From positions 15,037,615-15,101,614 of the forward strand of contig CAVNZM010000002.1 of the NCBI GenBank assembly GCA_963693365.1: DNA of 64,000 nt, in the 5' to 3' direction. Under the pieces are notes generated by a model. It was given only the letters and a program-made list of their open reading frames with translations, ran no database searches and was not told the DNA's origin. Position numbers and translations under genes: made by a program. How positions within the stretch are numbered: position 1 is the first letter of the stretch; every line of letters begins with the position of its first letter. Below are positions 1-14,131 of this stretch, one piece after another. Origin of the DNA: Amoebidium appalachense. Lineage: Eukaryota > Protista > Ichthyosporea.

Positions 1-1114
1 TCCAAAGGCGTACAAGTTCGAGTAGATGTGGGTGGTGATGGTTTGGTAAATGTAAGTAACTGTATACGCTATGCGGTAAATCGAGATGTATATTATGTGC
101 TGGCAACAAAACATGAGAACTGGTGATGAAGTTAATGGTTAACTGCTTGTGGCTGGATCACGAGCTAAATATTAATCATAGGGGTTTTTTGAAACTCTTA
201 AATACAGTAGATCATGCACGAAGTAAAAAGACATCACTGAATCGTATTTGTCAATGCGGCTCGTTGCCGGTGTGTTACTATTCTTATGCCTTGCCGTTGC
301 CACCCCCAAAAAGCCTGTGGACTGAACTGGGTTAGATATTCGTGGGACGTGTATGTATGTGTGTGTGCACACACAGAGGTGTGTTTGTGTGTTTGTGTAT
401 ACGTGTGTGTGCGCGCGCTGTGCTGTGCTGTGCTACGTCTGCGTGTTGCAGGGCGTGTCCGAGGTGTTACTATTAACATCAAGCTTTTCTAGGTTGTGAG
501 TGATTCTCACCACAAACATGTACATGTCCCCGCGGATGGAGTGGAGGGGGGGGGGGGGGTTGCACACATTGGGTGTACATCGGGGAGTTTACTGTGTGTA
601 CACATGTGGGCTTCGCATCTGGTGTGTCCACTGATGTGGGTTGTGCGCCGGTCGGTGGTTCACCGTGCACGTGAAGATTGTACACCTTCTTTCACGGTTA
701 TGTACATGCTGTGTGTCTGTGTATGTTTATGTGTATGTGCATAGACACAATGGCGACACATGGCGAGTAATTATTACAAAATGCTCCGGGGGGGGGGGGG
801 GGAGGGGAGGGGGGGAGGGGGGGGGGGGGGGGGGCGGAGGAACCTTTCAGTATTTGTATTTTGTAAAATGTGTGTGCTTCTAATAAGGTGGGTGCGGGTG
901 CGGGTGTTTGCGCGCGCGCGTGTGGGTCGTATGCGTACGGTGGATGTTTGCGCACACTGAATACGTGCTTTCGGAAGTTCGGTACATGTGCACTTGGTGA
1001 TTATCGTGTGTCTGTGTGCGCACATGTGCATGTGCGTAGAGATTTGTTATATAGATATGGTTCTCCATTTTCATAGACTCACCTTGCTGCCCTCTCCCCC
1101 TCGAACTTAACCCG

Positions 1115-1150
<36 letters not shown>

Positions 1151-1206
1151 CCTTATTGTGGAGGGGCGGAAGGAGGAATATGGGGAAGGGGGGGCCACTT
1201 TAATTG

Positions 1207-1241
<35 letters not shown>

Positions 1242-1283
1242 GGGGGGATTAGTTAGGATAGGGTAGTGTGTTTTTGTGTGTGT

Positions 1284-1332
<49 letters not shown>

Positions 1333-1448
1333 GGTGGTGGAGGCCGGAGAGGTATCGGGCATCATGTGGGCAAGCACGATGGTGGAGCAGAAAGAATCCT
1401 ACAGGCTGACAGTGTCCAGATGTGTGCTTAAGCATCGGATTGTAGACC

Positions 1449-1483
<35 letters not shown>

Positions 1484-1957
1484 ACGAGAGAGAGAGAAAG
1501 AAGGGGCCAGTTTATGTACGTAGGAGTAACCAGGAAACATTCCTACTCATTGAATTTAGTTTTTACTGTATTATTCTTAGGAACACGGGAAACAATACAG
1601 GAATCTTTCCTATAGTATCGATTTCACGAATTTGCCCCTTCGGACCCCGTCCCCAGTACACCATGACTACAAGTATTGCACCTGGAAAAGTATAATGTAG
1701 GACACCAATTGTATCCATTATCTATTGGCTAAACGTATTATATAATAGGGTTATGATCCTGCCAGCCTTCACTCTATACTTTGTAGTAATACTCTATAAA
1801 TAAATATAAATGAACAGGATAGACTTAATAGCAAGCTCTCTGTAAATACATCTTGAAAGGAAGCATACAACCTTAAAAAAAAAAAAAGGAGCCCTAAGGT
1901 CCTCGATAGATAAAATGGGTATAGAAGGAAACTTGTAGGCAGATAGAAAGTTGTGCA

Positions 1958-2015
<58 letters not shown>

Positions 2016-2019
2016 ACAC

Positions 2020-2053
<34 letters not shown>

Positions 2054-2248
2054 AAAAAAAAAAAAAAAAAAAGGGGGGGGGCGAAAAATAAAGAGATTCA
2101 CCTCAAAACATACAAAAACACCCTGTTATTGTCAAGCAGGTCACTATGACCAGCATTGCGGTTCAAATGGGCATTCACCCTATGTTCCTTCAACTAGCAC
2201 CCCTTGTGACCTTGCAGGAGGGCTCATGAGGAGGCGTATGTACTGGGC

Positions 2249-2495
2249 TTACTTAAAGAACCTCCCGTGCAGACCCATGGGTATGTGGTGGGGCAGCTGG
2301 GCCCGGGCAATCTCCTTGAAGGTGATCCCATCCAGCATCTGATTGGTGATTGGTTAATTGTGCGAACGACACATTCGGAATTAATTGCATGTTAGTACTT
2401 TGGCACAAGTTGCACTAATGATGGCTGATGACAAAGAAGAGTTACCACTTCGATGGTAGTTTGATAGATAAGATTCCCCCCCCCCCTCCACACAC

Positions 2496-2557
<62 letters not shown>

Positions 2558-2569
2558 GCATGCACATGT

Positions 2570-2614
<45 letters not shown>

Positions 2615-3246
2615 TGTCGCAATACAAGCACACACTGAAAGAGCACAAGGCCAATATGAACACACACACACGTGCCCTACACCTGCCACTAAAGCAGAGG
2701 CATTACGGTTAACCCCGAGCCGTTCGCCCGGAGGCCAAAATCGACCAGCTTTGAAAAATAGAAAAAAAACATTAAAGGCGGCCAGGAGGGGGAGGGGAAC
2801 GGACATACTAACAAGGGCGGGAGGGGGGCGGGGGAGGGGAGGGGGGGGGAGGGGCTACTGCATGGAACATGACATACCAACAGGAACGAGGTTCGGGCCT
2901 TGAAATCCAAGACCACAGACATGACCACACCGTCATCCTCCTTGCTGGCATTGGGGGCTGGGGTAAAGACTGGCTCGGCCGCATAGCAGTATGGCTCATA
3001 CCACACCTGATTGGTGCGTTCTTGCACGTCCAGCTTGATCAGTGCACCACCGGGGTCCTTCTCCTGTGTTTGATTGGTGCAAAGTCAGCTGTGGGTGTGG
3101 GTATGTCTAATTTGTTAGAATTAGGTGGTTGGTGAGGTATGTTTTATGTTTTTTTGTTTTTTTTTTTTAAGAAAAAAACTTCCTGACACAGTGGTTGAAG
3201 CGCAAACCAGTAATTGTGCAAACGATCGGGGAAGAAGAAGGCAGAC

Positions 3247-3341
<95 letters not shown>

Positions 3342-4042
3342 GGAGGGGGGGGAGGGTTTCGAAGTCCCGGAGTCCCGGAAAAGGCATGCGTCCAAGTTAT
3401 TGATAACGATGTAGGACAGACATGTTATACTAAAACGAGAGACAACTTAGTTTTGTCTCGTTCTGGCAAACTTAGCTGCTGCATGAGCAGTATCTTCAGT
3501 GGAGTCGGAGTGGGAGGGGCTCAGGATGCCTTGCAATGCACAAAACATACAATCGAGACGTGGGGTATGCATAATAAGGAGTGTGGGTGCAAAAGTGGGG
3601 CAGAACCCGTCCGGATGGGGGGAAAGGAGGGGGGGGGGGGGGGGGGGGGGATCGGAAAAAATTTAATGGTCAGTTTGGTATCCTGGGGGTTGGGTTGTCG
3701 TGGGAGCGGCCAAAATGTTACACGAGGGAGAGGGAAAGGTTGGTTCAGGTAACCTCAACCAATCAGCCGGCACGAGGTTTGGTGGAGTGAGAAGTGGGGG
3801 GGGGGGGGGGGGGGGGGGGAGGGGGGGGGGGGGGGGCAGGGGGCTCAATACCTTGTCAGTGTAATTTGCCTGTCCAATGGGGTCAGTAACACCGTAGACA
3901 TAGCGGTAAGGTCTGCCGTTGACTTGATCGTAGTTGATGCGGGGCAGTTCACACATCTTTTCACTGATCACCTCCATTTGAACCCCCCCGTTTAGGGTGG
4001 AAATTTCCTCCGGGGAGGCTGAAAGGTCGAGGGTGTAACGGC

Positions 4043-4132
<90 letters not shown>

Positions 4133-4280
4133 TGTGTGCTGTCAAAAAGGGAGGGGAAGGAGGGAGAGGGGGGTGGGGTGGGGGTGAGGGTTTTCTATGC
4201 ATTAGTGTTGGTATTTACAGGTTTAAAGGACATAGAAAGTGACAAAACAAAATAACACAGAACCCCAACATATGTGCAGG

Positions 4281-4312
<32 letters not shown>

Positions 4313-4415
4313 GAAGAAAAAGTGCAGATATGTGGGCACGGAGTCGGAGTGTGTGCTCGGTTGGTTTGGTGCTGGCTGCCGTTGGGTGGTCGATTCAGTG
4401 GGTGGGGTTGGCGGT

Positions 4416-4497
<82 letters not shown>

Positions 4498-5050
4498 GGG
4501 GGGGGGGGAGAGGGACGAAGTCATGGTGGCGAAACGGAGGGGGAGGTAGGGGTAAAGTGGGGGGGGGAAGGGGGGGGGGGGGGGTCACATTGAACGGTTA
4601 GAGGCCAACACATAGCAAGACGAGTGATGATATCTGCCATGCCATCAGTAATGAATACTACCGGGCCCGTGCAAGCAATATGTGTGCACGGGAGGCTGCT
4701 GCTGCGGCGGCGGCGGCGGCGGCGGCGGGGGGGGGGGGGGGGGGGGGGGGGCGGCAAAGTTGCACACCTAATACAAACTCCAAAATAGCAAAGGCCGATC
4801 AAAAATAAAACCGAGGAGAATAGAGGGAAGGGGAGGGGGGGGGGGGGGGGGGGGGAGGGGGGGGGGGGGGGCTATTTGAGATATATATGGCTGGTCTGGC
4901 TGAAAAAGGACACGTTATTGCACCAGAAAAGGATAAAGCCAAGGGGAGGAAACATAAACCAAAAAGAAAGAAAACATACAACACACAAAAAAAAAGGAGA
5001 AAGAAACAGAGAAAGAAACAGAGGGAGGGAGGGAGGGAGGGAGAGAGAGA

Positions 5051-5097
<47 letters not shown>

Positions 5098-5187
5098 CGA
5101 GAAAGAGATGGAGAGAGAGAAAGCAAGCGAGCAAAAGAAAGCGAGAGAAAGAGAGAGAGAGAGAGGCGGGTTTTCGCGCCTGTGTGT

Positions 5188-5237
<50 letters not shown>

Positions 5238-5466
5238 CCCAGTACTCACATTTGCACCATCGAAAGAAGGATCGTCGACAAACGACTGAGCCACCTGCTT
5301 TTTCAGATCGTCGATTAAGAGGGCCCCATAGCCTACGCGATCGTAACACATCATGTCGACGTGGATCTTGTCCCCCACCTCATAGGAGTTGATGTGGTGG
5401 TAGCAAAAGAAGGCGTCACTCTTGAATTGCGCCTTGATCGAACCATCCTTACGGCTGACTACTGTG

Positions 5467-5531
<65 letters not shown>

Positions 5532-5848
5532 GGTGGGTGGTGTTTTTTTTTTTATATGGTTTTTGTTTTTTTGGGAAGGGTGGAAAGGGGGGTTTGGGGG
5601 TTGGGGGTTAGAGTGGAGTGGGGTGGGATGGGGTGGGTGGGGGGGGGGGTTAGGTAAATAAATGCCAGTGTTTTGTAGAGCAGGCTGGACGGGTAAAAGT
5701 GAACGAATGGGGCACAAAGAGATGCAGTGAGGCAAGGCCACACATATGATGATATTGCCTAATGGCTCGGAACTGAAATTCGAGTCTGGGGAGCGCGATT
5801 TGGGAGGGTTTGACTTTTTTTTTTTTTTTTTTTTTTTTGGTGGGGAGA

Positions 5849-5893
<45 letters not shown>

Positions 5894-6669
5894 GTGTGTG
5901 TGTGTGTGTCTGTGTGTACCCTGCCTGTCCTTATCTCCAAGGCAGAAAATCAAGAGGTACACCATGCATCTGCGAGGGTGATTGTGCATGTGCATGGGTA
6001 GGCGTGTAAATCCAGTTTGAAAAACAGATATGGCTACATTGGTGATTATTCTTCCCTTGTTTCTGTAGTTCCATGCAAAAAGCAAGAAGGGGAAGGGGGG
6101 GAGGGGGGGACACCCACCTGAGTGTTGTATTGGGGCTGCCACTCGAAAAATCCATAGGCACCCCCCGAATTTCCAGTTACCAGGCGGCTCACTTGGGACG
6201 AAATCATCTTGCTCTGAAAAGAAAAAGTCAGAGGGATATGAGTTGTCATTTCTGAGAGCCCCCCCCCCCCCCCCCCCTCTTCCCCTTCCCATTCTCCCTT
6301 GCACCAACCACACATACTAACACCACAACACAAGCACACACCAAAGAATACATCGCAGTGGTGACAGTGGTTGTGGTTCGGGGAAAAGGGAGGGGAGGGG
6401 GGAAGCGGGGCCAAGGGGGGGGGGGGGGGGGGGGGGGGGGAGAGGAGCCGAGAGGGTGTGGGGGGAGAGGGGGGGGGGGGGGAGGGGGGACAGACTCCCA
6501 TTGAGTGTCAACTGCATGGCAACTACGAATGCAATTTTCTTTCTCGGTTATTTTTCGTTCTCAGAATGCATGCCTGGAATGCCGGAGGGTACGTCTATTA
6601 GTGTGCATGTGTGGACGGAACAGTTTTACAGTAAGTGTGTTTCTGTGGGTATTTGGGGTGGTATGCGAG

Positions 6670-6732
<63 letters not shown>

Positions 6733-7816
6733 ACGCGCACGCGTGTATGTGTACATGGGGTTGTGCGTTTGTGTGCGCCTTCGTCCGTGCGTGCCTGTCT
6801 ACGTGTGCGCATGTGTATGGCTGTATGCAAGCGCGTGCATACACATTCTGTGTTAAGATAGCTTAATGTTATTTGAGTGATGGAACAAGTTAGGAGCAAA
6901 AGGGCACAAAAAAGGAAGGCCAGGCTAATTCTGTCACTGTTGAAATTGCCCGGCGCAGGGGGGGGAGAGGGGGGGGGGAGGGGAGGGGGGGGAGGGGAGG
7001 GGGAGGGGAGGGGGAGGGGGGACTCTGACCGAAGGGGAAGGAGAGTTTCGCACAGGGTGGTCCGGGGGGGGGGGGGGGAGGGGGGGGGAGAGGGTGAAAG
7101 CGGAAGGAAGTGAGGAGGAAAAGGGAGGAGGAGGAGGAGGAGGGGGGAGGGGGGGGGGGGGGGAAGAGGGTGAAAGCGGAAGGAAGTGAGGAGGAAAAGG
7201 GAGGAGGAGGAGGGGGGGGGGGGGGGGGGGGGGGGCTTATTACGAGGCTGAAAATCCAGGGAAACTCAGCCAGAATAATGTAATTTTCAGAGAGGCCAAA
7301 GCTGTGCATGTAGGCCGCATTGGGGCATGGCACCTCGGCAATGATACGTCGCTCCATCTTGGCATTCCTGCAAGTGATATTAAAAGTTTTAAACCCTATG
7401 TATGTGTGTTCAATGAATGCCTTTCAACACAATATACCGAAACTAAAACAAGACTCCGGTTTATTAATCAGAGCCATCCTTTAGAAGAGATCCCAAAAAG
7501 CCAACTCTCCACTGTCACTCTGCTTCATAAGCAGAGCCCGTCCTCGGGTGTGTGTCTCTCTGTGTGTGTGTGTGCGCGCGCGCTCTTGAGCAAAGCCCAT
7601 CATCAGGGGGGTTCTGAATGAGAAGAGGGAGACACGGTAGGCAAAGCCGATTGCTACAATGGAGGCCAAAGCCACAAACATCGAGGGTAAGGTAAAAAGT
7701 ACAAGTGGAGCCACACAAAAAATACACAAGGGCAGCCGTGTTTCTCCTCCCCAACTCCCTCCGGTCCCTCCCCCCACCTCTCTCTCTGCCCCCCCCTCCC
7801 CCCTCTCTTCTATCTA

Positions 7817-7860
<44 letters not shown>

Positions 7861-7904
7861 CCCCCCCTCCCTCCCTCCCCTCCCCCCCCCCTCTCCCCCT
7901 CTCG

Positions 7905-7938
<34 letters not shown>

Positions 7939-8099
7939 TTTTGGTTGGGGGGGGGGGGGGGGGGGGGGGGGGTAGCACTCACGGTTCAGCATGGGTGGGG
8001 ATGTCGAAGAGCACGTAGACGTTGTCCTTTCCAAATCGGGTGACGTAGTTGATGGTGTGCCCATCCGTGTCATAGTGCGGGTGCGCTGGTGGAGGGCGG

Positions 8100-8154
<55 letters not shown>

Positions 8155-8243
8155 GGGGAGGTAATGTAGTGATGGTTAGGTGGGCGTATCGTAATATAAT
8201 ACCCATAGGGCTATACTGCATCTATCAGAGGTTTGCCCCTCCT

Positions 8244-8276
<33 letters not shown>

Positions 8277-8329
8277 ATAAAAGAGCAGGCGGCGGCGGTG
8301 ACGATGGTGATAGTTTTTTTTTTTTTTTT

Positions 8330-8371
<42 letters not shown>

Positions 8372-8506
8372 GAGGGGAGAACTGTACAGTGGGAAGTTCG
8401 AAGACGTACAATCTAAAGGTTCGATCCCTCTTGTTCCTTTAATTACTTATTCATGGTTAGAGAGCTGGAGCATTGGGGGAAAGGGGGGAGGGGGGGGGGT
8501 ATCTGT

Positions 8507-8537
<31 letters not shown>

Positions 8538-8659
8538 GGGGGGGGGGGTGTCAGAATGTGCTTTTCAGTATGAAGTACACGTTATGACTCTAACACAATG
8601 CAGAGTTCAAACCACACAGATGAGAGTATACATAATCAGCAGAGCCCTTCCTCGTTTAA

Positions 8660-8690
<31 letters not shown>

Positions 8691-9929
8691 TACCTGTGGA
8701 CACGGCGCCTCCGACGTTATCCTCGAATTTGACTGGTCCAACGGTTGCTAGGGTCTCCTTATCAAATTCCATCACAAGAGGAATCTCGGTCATGGCTATG
8801 GCCTTGCCGCAGATCTCACCTGATAATAAAATGTTTAAAAAGGTTAAAAACAAGCGCCTATAGTTTACATGACTAGGTCAATTAAACTCCATGGTGCATC
8901 AGTTTTATTGCACCTTTTTACCATGGCCACAAACATAGCAGTTTATGTGACATATGCCGGTGAGATCTTATAGGAAAACTCGAAAAGGTATCACCCTCCG
9001 CCAATCAAAACGCAATACACCACACCATATAAGGTTATGTACCAAATGGCAGACAATGCCATGTGAAGTTGCATGGGTGCCAATGGGTACCAGCACACTG
9101 CGACGTTAATTTTGAAAGCTGTGTTCTAGGATGCAAGCCACGGTCTGTGGGGGCTTTTCCTTGTGTGTGTGGATGTCTGTGTGTGTGTGTGTGTTGGCCG
9201 GGGGGGGGGGGGGGGGGGGGGGGGGATGGGAGGGGGAGCATACCAACATTCACATTGGCATTTTGGAAATCAGGCCGATCAATGAACATCGATTTGGCCC
9301 TTCCAAATATGGAGCTGCACGGATCGGTGCCGAATTCAGGGACGGCAATCTTTCCAGCAGCGCGATGGGCACGCAAATTGGAGGAGTCGAGATAACGGTT
9401 GGTGTAGGATACCTTACCATCACCAAAGGTGAAGGCATAGAGCATGGACTGTGCGGAAAGAAATTGGGGGGACGGGGACGGGGATGGGTTAAAGGAGGGG
9501 GAAGAGGGGGGGGGGGGGGGGGGGGAGGGGAAGTGGGGAGAAGGGAGGAAGGAGGGAGCCGGGGGGGGGGAAGAAGGGGGGAAGGAGGGGGGAGAAAACG
9601 GAGGAAGAGGGGAGGTGGGGGGGAAGGGAGGAAAGGGGGGGAGGGGAGGATATGTCAAAATCCCGTCTTTGTCCAAGTCTGTTCATGCAGCAGCTCCCCC
9701 CCCCCTCCCCCCCCCCCCCCCCCCCTCCCCTCCCTCCCTCCCTCCCTCCCCCGCCCCTTCTCTTCCCCCTCCCCCACGCCCACACACACGCACACAAAGA
9801 GGGAGGGAGAGAGAGGGAGAGGGGGGAGGGGAGAGAGAGAAAGGGGAAAACAAACAGAGACAAAGGAAAAACCCAGGAATACACCCTGACTTTCTCCTTT
9901 ATGGAAGAACTCTTGAACCCACAACGCTT

Positions 9930-9965
<36 letters not shown>

Positions 9966-10361
9966 CTTACCCACCCACCCACCCCCCAGCACACACACAT
10001 ACACCTCAGTACCCGCTTGCCCCTTCCACTACCACCTCCTCTTTCTACACCCAAGAAATCCCCCCCCCCCCCCCCTCCGCTCCCCGCCACCCCCCACCCA
10101 CATACATCCACGGATTTCTTATTCCCCCCCCCCTCCCCCCCCTTCCCCCCCACAAAAAAATGCAGGAGTAAAAATTAAATAAATTTAAACCAAAATTAAA
10201 AAGCATAAAAACGCAGAAGACGGGAAAAAAGAGAGAAAAAAAAAGATTGCTCACAAACACGAGACGGTTATCAACCTCCAACACCATACCCCGCCACTGG
10301 TCACTTCAGAAGCTTCATGTTTTCTCGACAACTTCCCACCATCCTTCATAACTTCTATCAC

Positions 10362-10406
<45 letters not shown>

Positions 10407-10616
10407 GAGGGGGGCTCAGACCTCACAGAAGAATTGATGTGTGTGTGTGGGTGAGCGCCTGTGACTGGGGGTCTCCAGTGTGTGCTCATTGGGTGGGGGG
10501 AGGGGGGGGGGGGGGGAGGGGGGGGAGGTGCATCCCTGGAACGAAAGAAAGGGGAAGGCAAACGGGCTTGCGTGGGTGAGTGACAGGTGCGTGTGTGTGT
10601 CTGCGCGCACGCGCGC

Positions 10617-10668
<52 letters not shown>

Positions 10669-11435
10669 TGTGCATGTTCGAAAGTTGAAATAGGGGGAGC
10701 AGGCACACACCTGGCCGTCAAACCAGTGCTTGAACTTTTCGTCACCGATCTCAAACAGTGAGGGCCCAGTGCGCAGCAGGGTGCCCTTAAGCCACGACGG
10801 TATGCTGCCCTTAACCTCACAGCTGGCCACCGTGGCTTCCTCCTGCACAAGTGGATCTCATTGTAAGTTAACTTAATCCTTTTCTTTTGAAGAAGAGGTT
10901 TGAGGCGGCAACGGGGCGGGGAAGGGGGGGGGGGGGGGGGGGGGGATGGGGACGGGGGGCGATGGGGGGGAAGAGGGGAGGGTGGAAGAGTGGGGGGGGG
11001 GGGGGGGGATGGAGTTGTTTGGGGGTGTGATGTGAGTGGCTGAGAGTGGGTAGGAGGACATTTGACAAGATCTGGGTAGCATACTTGTAGTGAACTCGGA
11101 ATACCAGTAGAACGGAGTCTCACCTGTTGCAGGCGCAGGAATGGGAAGAAAGGGAGGAGGAGGGGCGGGGGGGAGGGAAGGGGGCTGGGTGGGTTTGCTC
11201 ACGCATCTACTTGCGCTCGCACGATTCGGATTGACCAAAAAACGAAAGAAGACATGTACACGGCGCACACACAAATTCTCACACATGCAGATGCACACAC
11301 GCATGTGAGAAGCAACAAAAACACGCACACAGGCATACACATGCTCACACACACACACACACGCAACAAACATCGTTGAAGCACTCAACACACATGCACA
11401 CACGTCGACGAGCTAAACATACACACACAAAAACA

Positions 11436-11490
<55 letters not shown>

Positions 11491-11567
11491 TCAGACATAC
11501 ACACACATACACACACCTTGAGAGAGGTGTACAGTAGCTCGCGCGGAGCCTCCGTCTGTGTCGCCAT
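2249..11567 (-). CDS. Carotenoid cleavage oxygenase (BCO1/BCO2/RPE65-like), 11 exons, 508 aa
   Basis: Exons 11517-11567, 10711-10842, 9244-9448, 8694-8819, 7983-8085, 7244-7367, 6118-6213, 5250-5468, 3852-4046, 2878-3063, 2249-2338. All introns are GT-AG and phase-compatible (1527 nt). Motifs: [33 protein letters not shown], the four Fe-binding His (TAHPH, YMHSF, YHHIN, GLHG), ELPRINY, EPVF, EDDGV. Confidence 0.95.
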
Positions 11568-11769
11568 TCTTGACACAAGCACAGAACTAAAACGCCGTGT
11601 TAGTGAGGTAATGCCTTGCCTAGAAGCACGTTTCATGTGTAACAAACACCTACAAACACAACCTTCTTCAAGCTTCAAGCTGGAAGTTCCTCAAATTATA
11701 CATTCCACCTGGACTTTCAAAAGTTTTCCGCATATTTGTTTTGTCCATCTAGATTATTTGTGCATTCCT

Positions 11770-11836
11770 ATTGGCTCCACAAGAAAGAACCAATCACTGA
11801 GAGGTTTAGCTCACGATGACGCAACAGGCAACCAAT
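11770..11836 (-). promoter_or_regulatory. CCAAT-box cluster upstream of the carotenoid oxygenase
   Basis: ATTGG at 11770 and CCAAT at 11790 and 11832, about 200-270 nt upstream of the ATG at 11567. Confidence 0.4.
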
Positions 11837-12215
11837 AGGAGCTCTTGAAAACCCACGAATCGAATTGAGCAGTTCGTTTACACCATGGACTCCGACGCAC
11901 CACTGTGTGACACGTGTACAGCAGCTACAGCTGCGTGCACGTGTATGTGGGAGCTATTGGTCAAGCACTAAACGCTTGCCTAGGCCTGTTGAAATCCCAT
12001 TGCTGCTAAGGACAACGGTTTCATTTACACCAAAAATAAGAGAGCAGAGATGCCCACGTCGCCCGTGCATGGAACTTCAACACGCACACACCGGTGCCAA
12101 ACGCACACGCACACGCAGGCGCACCGTGACAAACACCGTGGCCTGGCACGGCCACACGCACACGCAAAAAGACACACACACACACGTGCACACAGACACA
12201 CACAGGCACACATGG

Positions 12216-12298
<83 letters not shown>

Positions 12299-12776
12299 CA
12301 CACACACACACATGCACGTAATAACATATGGACGCACACGTGCACACATCGACACCGGTTACAATCGTACACACGTGTTACACACACACACACACACACA
12401 AACATATGGACACACGCACACACACACACGCACACTTGCAAACATATGGACAAACGCACAGATCTACACCTCTACACACGTACGTATGTCAGTGGCATGT
12501 GGCACTGCTTACACACACGCACACGGCCACATACACAGACGCACACAATTGCAAACATATTCCGTGAGCACTAGTAAACACACGTGCACGTGCACGCATT
12601 CACCACACACGCACGCACATGTAACTATCTATATGTACACACATTTGCACATACACACATGTACACCCACACGCACGCGCATACACCCATTTGCACGCAA
12701 ACACACCACACGCACCCACACACCCACACACCCACACACACACACCCACACGCACACACACACCCACACACACAAA

Positions 12777-12847
<71 letters not shown>

Positions 12848-12855
12848 CACACACA

Positions 12856-13356
12856 CAGTTTGCAGAAAGGTCTGCTTTAAGCATAACTGTTTCTGCTGAC
12901 GGCAGCAGAACTTCCTTGCTAAACCAGAATCGAATGATCCAATAAAAATTTCTCTTACCCACCGGCGTGGCTGGGGTTGATACCCTGGGCAAAGTGTGTC
13001 CATATGGTTAGGATTGTTATAGGTGTGTTAGTTTAGCTACTCACATCGTAGCACCCTAGCTAGAGTACTGTCAGTGCTGGGTGGAAGACGGTAGTTCTCC
13101 CTGAGGGCCCCTAGGGGTACCTCCGGGAACAAAACGGTATAAGATAAAAATAAAATTTTCTCAGGCTGCAGAAACATTCTGCGCTTTTTGCCAGAATTAT
13201 CAGCAAAGCAGTAGCTTAGTAGACAGTTTTATTGGTGCAAAAAGCAAAATACTTCTGGAAAGGGCAAAATTTATGTCATCCTGCAAAAGGATCACTGAGT
13301 TTAAAAATTACTAGAGTCTGTGCTGAGCAGGGTGAATCTGCTGTGGTTGGGTCCTG
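12856..13356. mobile_element. Degenerate relative of the 58.35-58.77 kb foldback element
   Basis: Decayed GCAGAA..TTCTGC units. GGCAGCAGAACTT..TTGCT resembles 58563-58590. The end CTGAGCAGGGTGAATCTGCTGTGGTTGGGTCCTG resembles the reverse complement of 58346-58385. Confidence 0.45.
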
Positions 13357-13363
13357 CAAATCG

Positions 13364-13415
<52 letters not shown>

Positions 13416-13519
13416 GGGGGCCGCTGCTGTAAGCATTATTCGAAGCTGGATCTATGAGGTAGGATGGATTTGCTAAGCCACCCCCGGCCCCTCCCCCCCC
13501 CCCTCCCTCCCTCCCTCCC

Positions 13520-13561
<42 letters not shown>

Positions 13562-13830
13562 ACACACACACACCCTGCCAATGACACCACCACCACCACC
13601 ACACACACACATACCATGACCTCACCCTGAGCCTAAAGTTGTTGTATTCTACTAGCAGCCTAAGTATCTGACTGATTAGCCATTAATGGAAATTCTGGCG
13701 GGAAGTTTTAGTGCGCAAAAAAAGTCTTTATAAACCTATTAAAAAAGTAGGAATATCGAAAGCAGACGTCATTATGTTAATTACTGCGGTGATATTGAGG
13801 TATAATAACTCACGTGAAGTGACAGTCCCC

Positions 13831-13864
<34 letters not shown>

Positions 13865-14131
13865 AGTGTGCCGCCCCTCCTCCTTCCCCTGCCCTCCACC
13901 TCCCCCTCTTCACTGTGCAGCCCAACCCTGTGAATGATGTTTATTGCATGTTGCAGTCTAAAACACGCCGTGTTTTAGCAGCGACGTCACTTCCAACTCA
14001 TATATCACATCGTCGTCTCGGTGAATCACAAAGAACAGCCGAAGAACTCTCATCAGAATTCTCATTCTCATCTCATATATTTTTATGTCATTCAAAAATC
14101 AAAATATTCAGTATATCCCAACATGCGTCTA

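Noticed and set aside
1-2200. Possible exons of another minus-strand gene (donor-like site at ~1082, G-tract polarity)
   Set aside because: No coherent coding exon could be assembled.
11085-11123. Possible 39-nt in-frame cassette exon in intron 1 of the oxygenase
   Set aside because: It has CAG/GTATG boundaries, but direct exon 1-2 joining fits the family N-terminus better; needs RNA evidence.
11865-12899. 344-aa ORF divergent from the carotenoid oxygenase
   Set aside because: Non-ATG start and mostly degenerate CA repeat; no recognisable domain.
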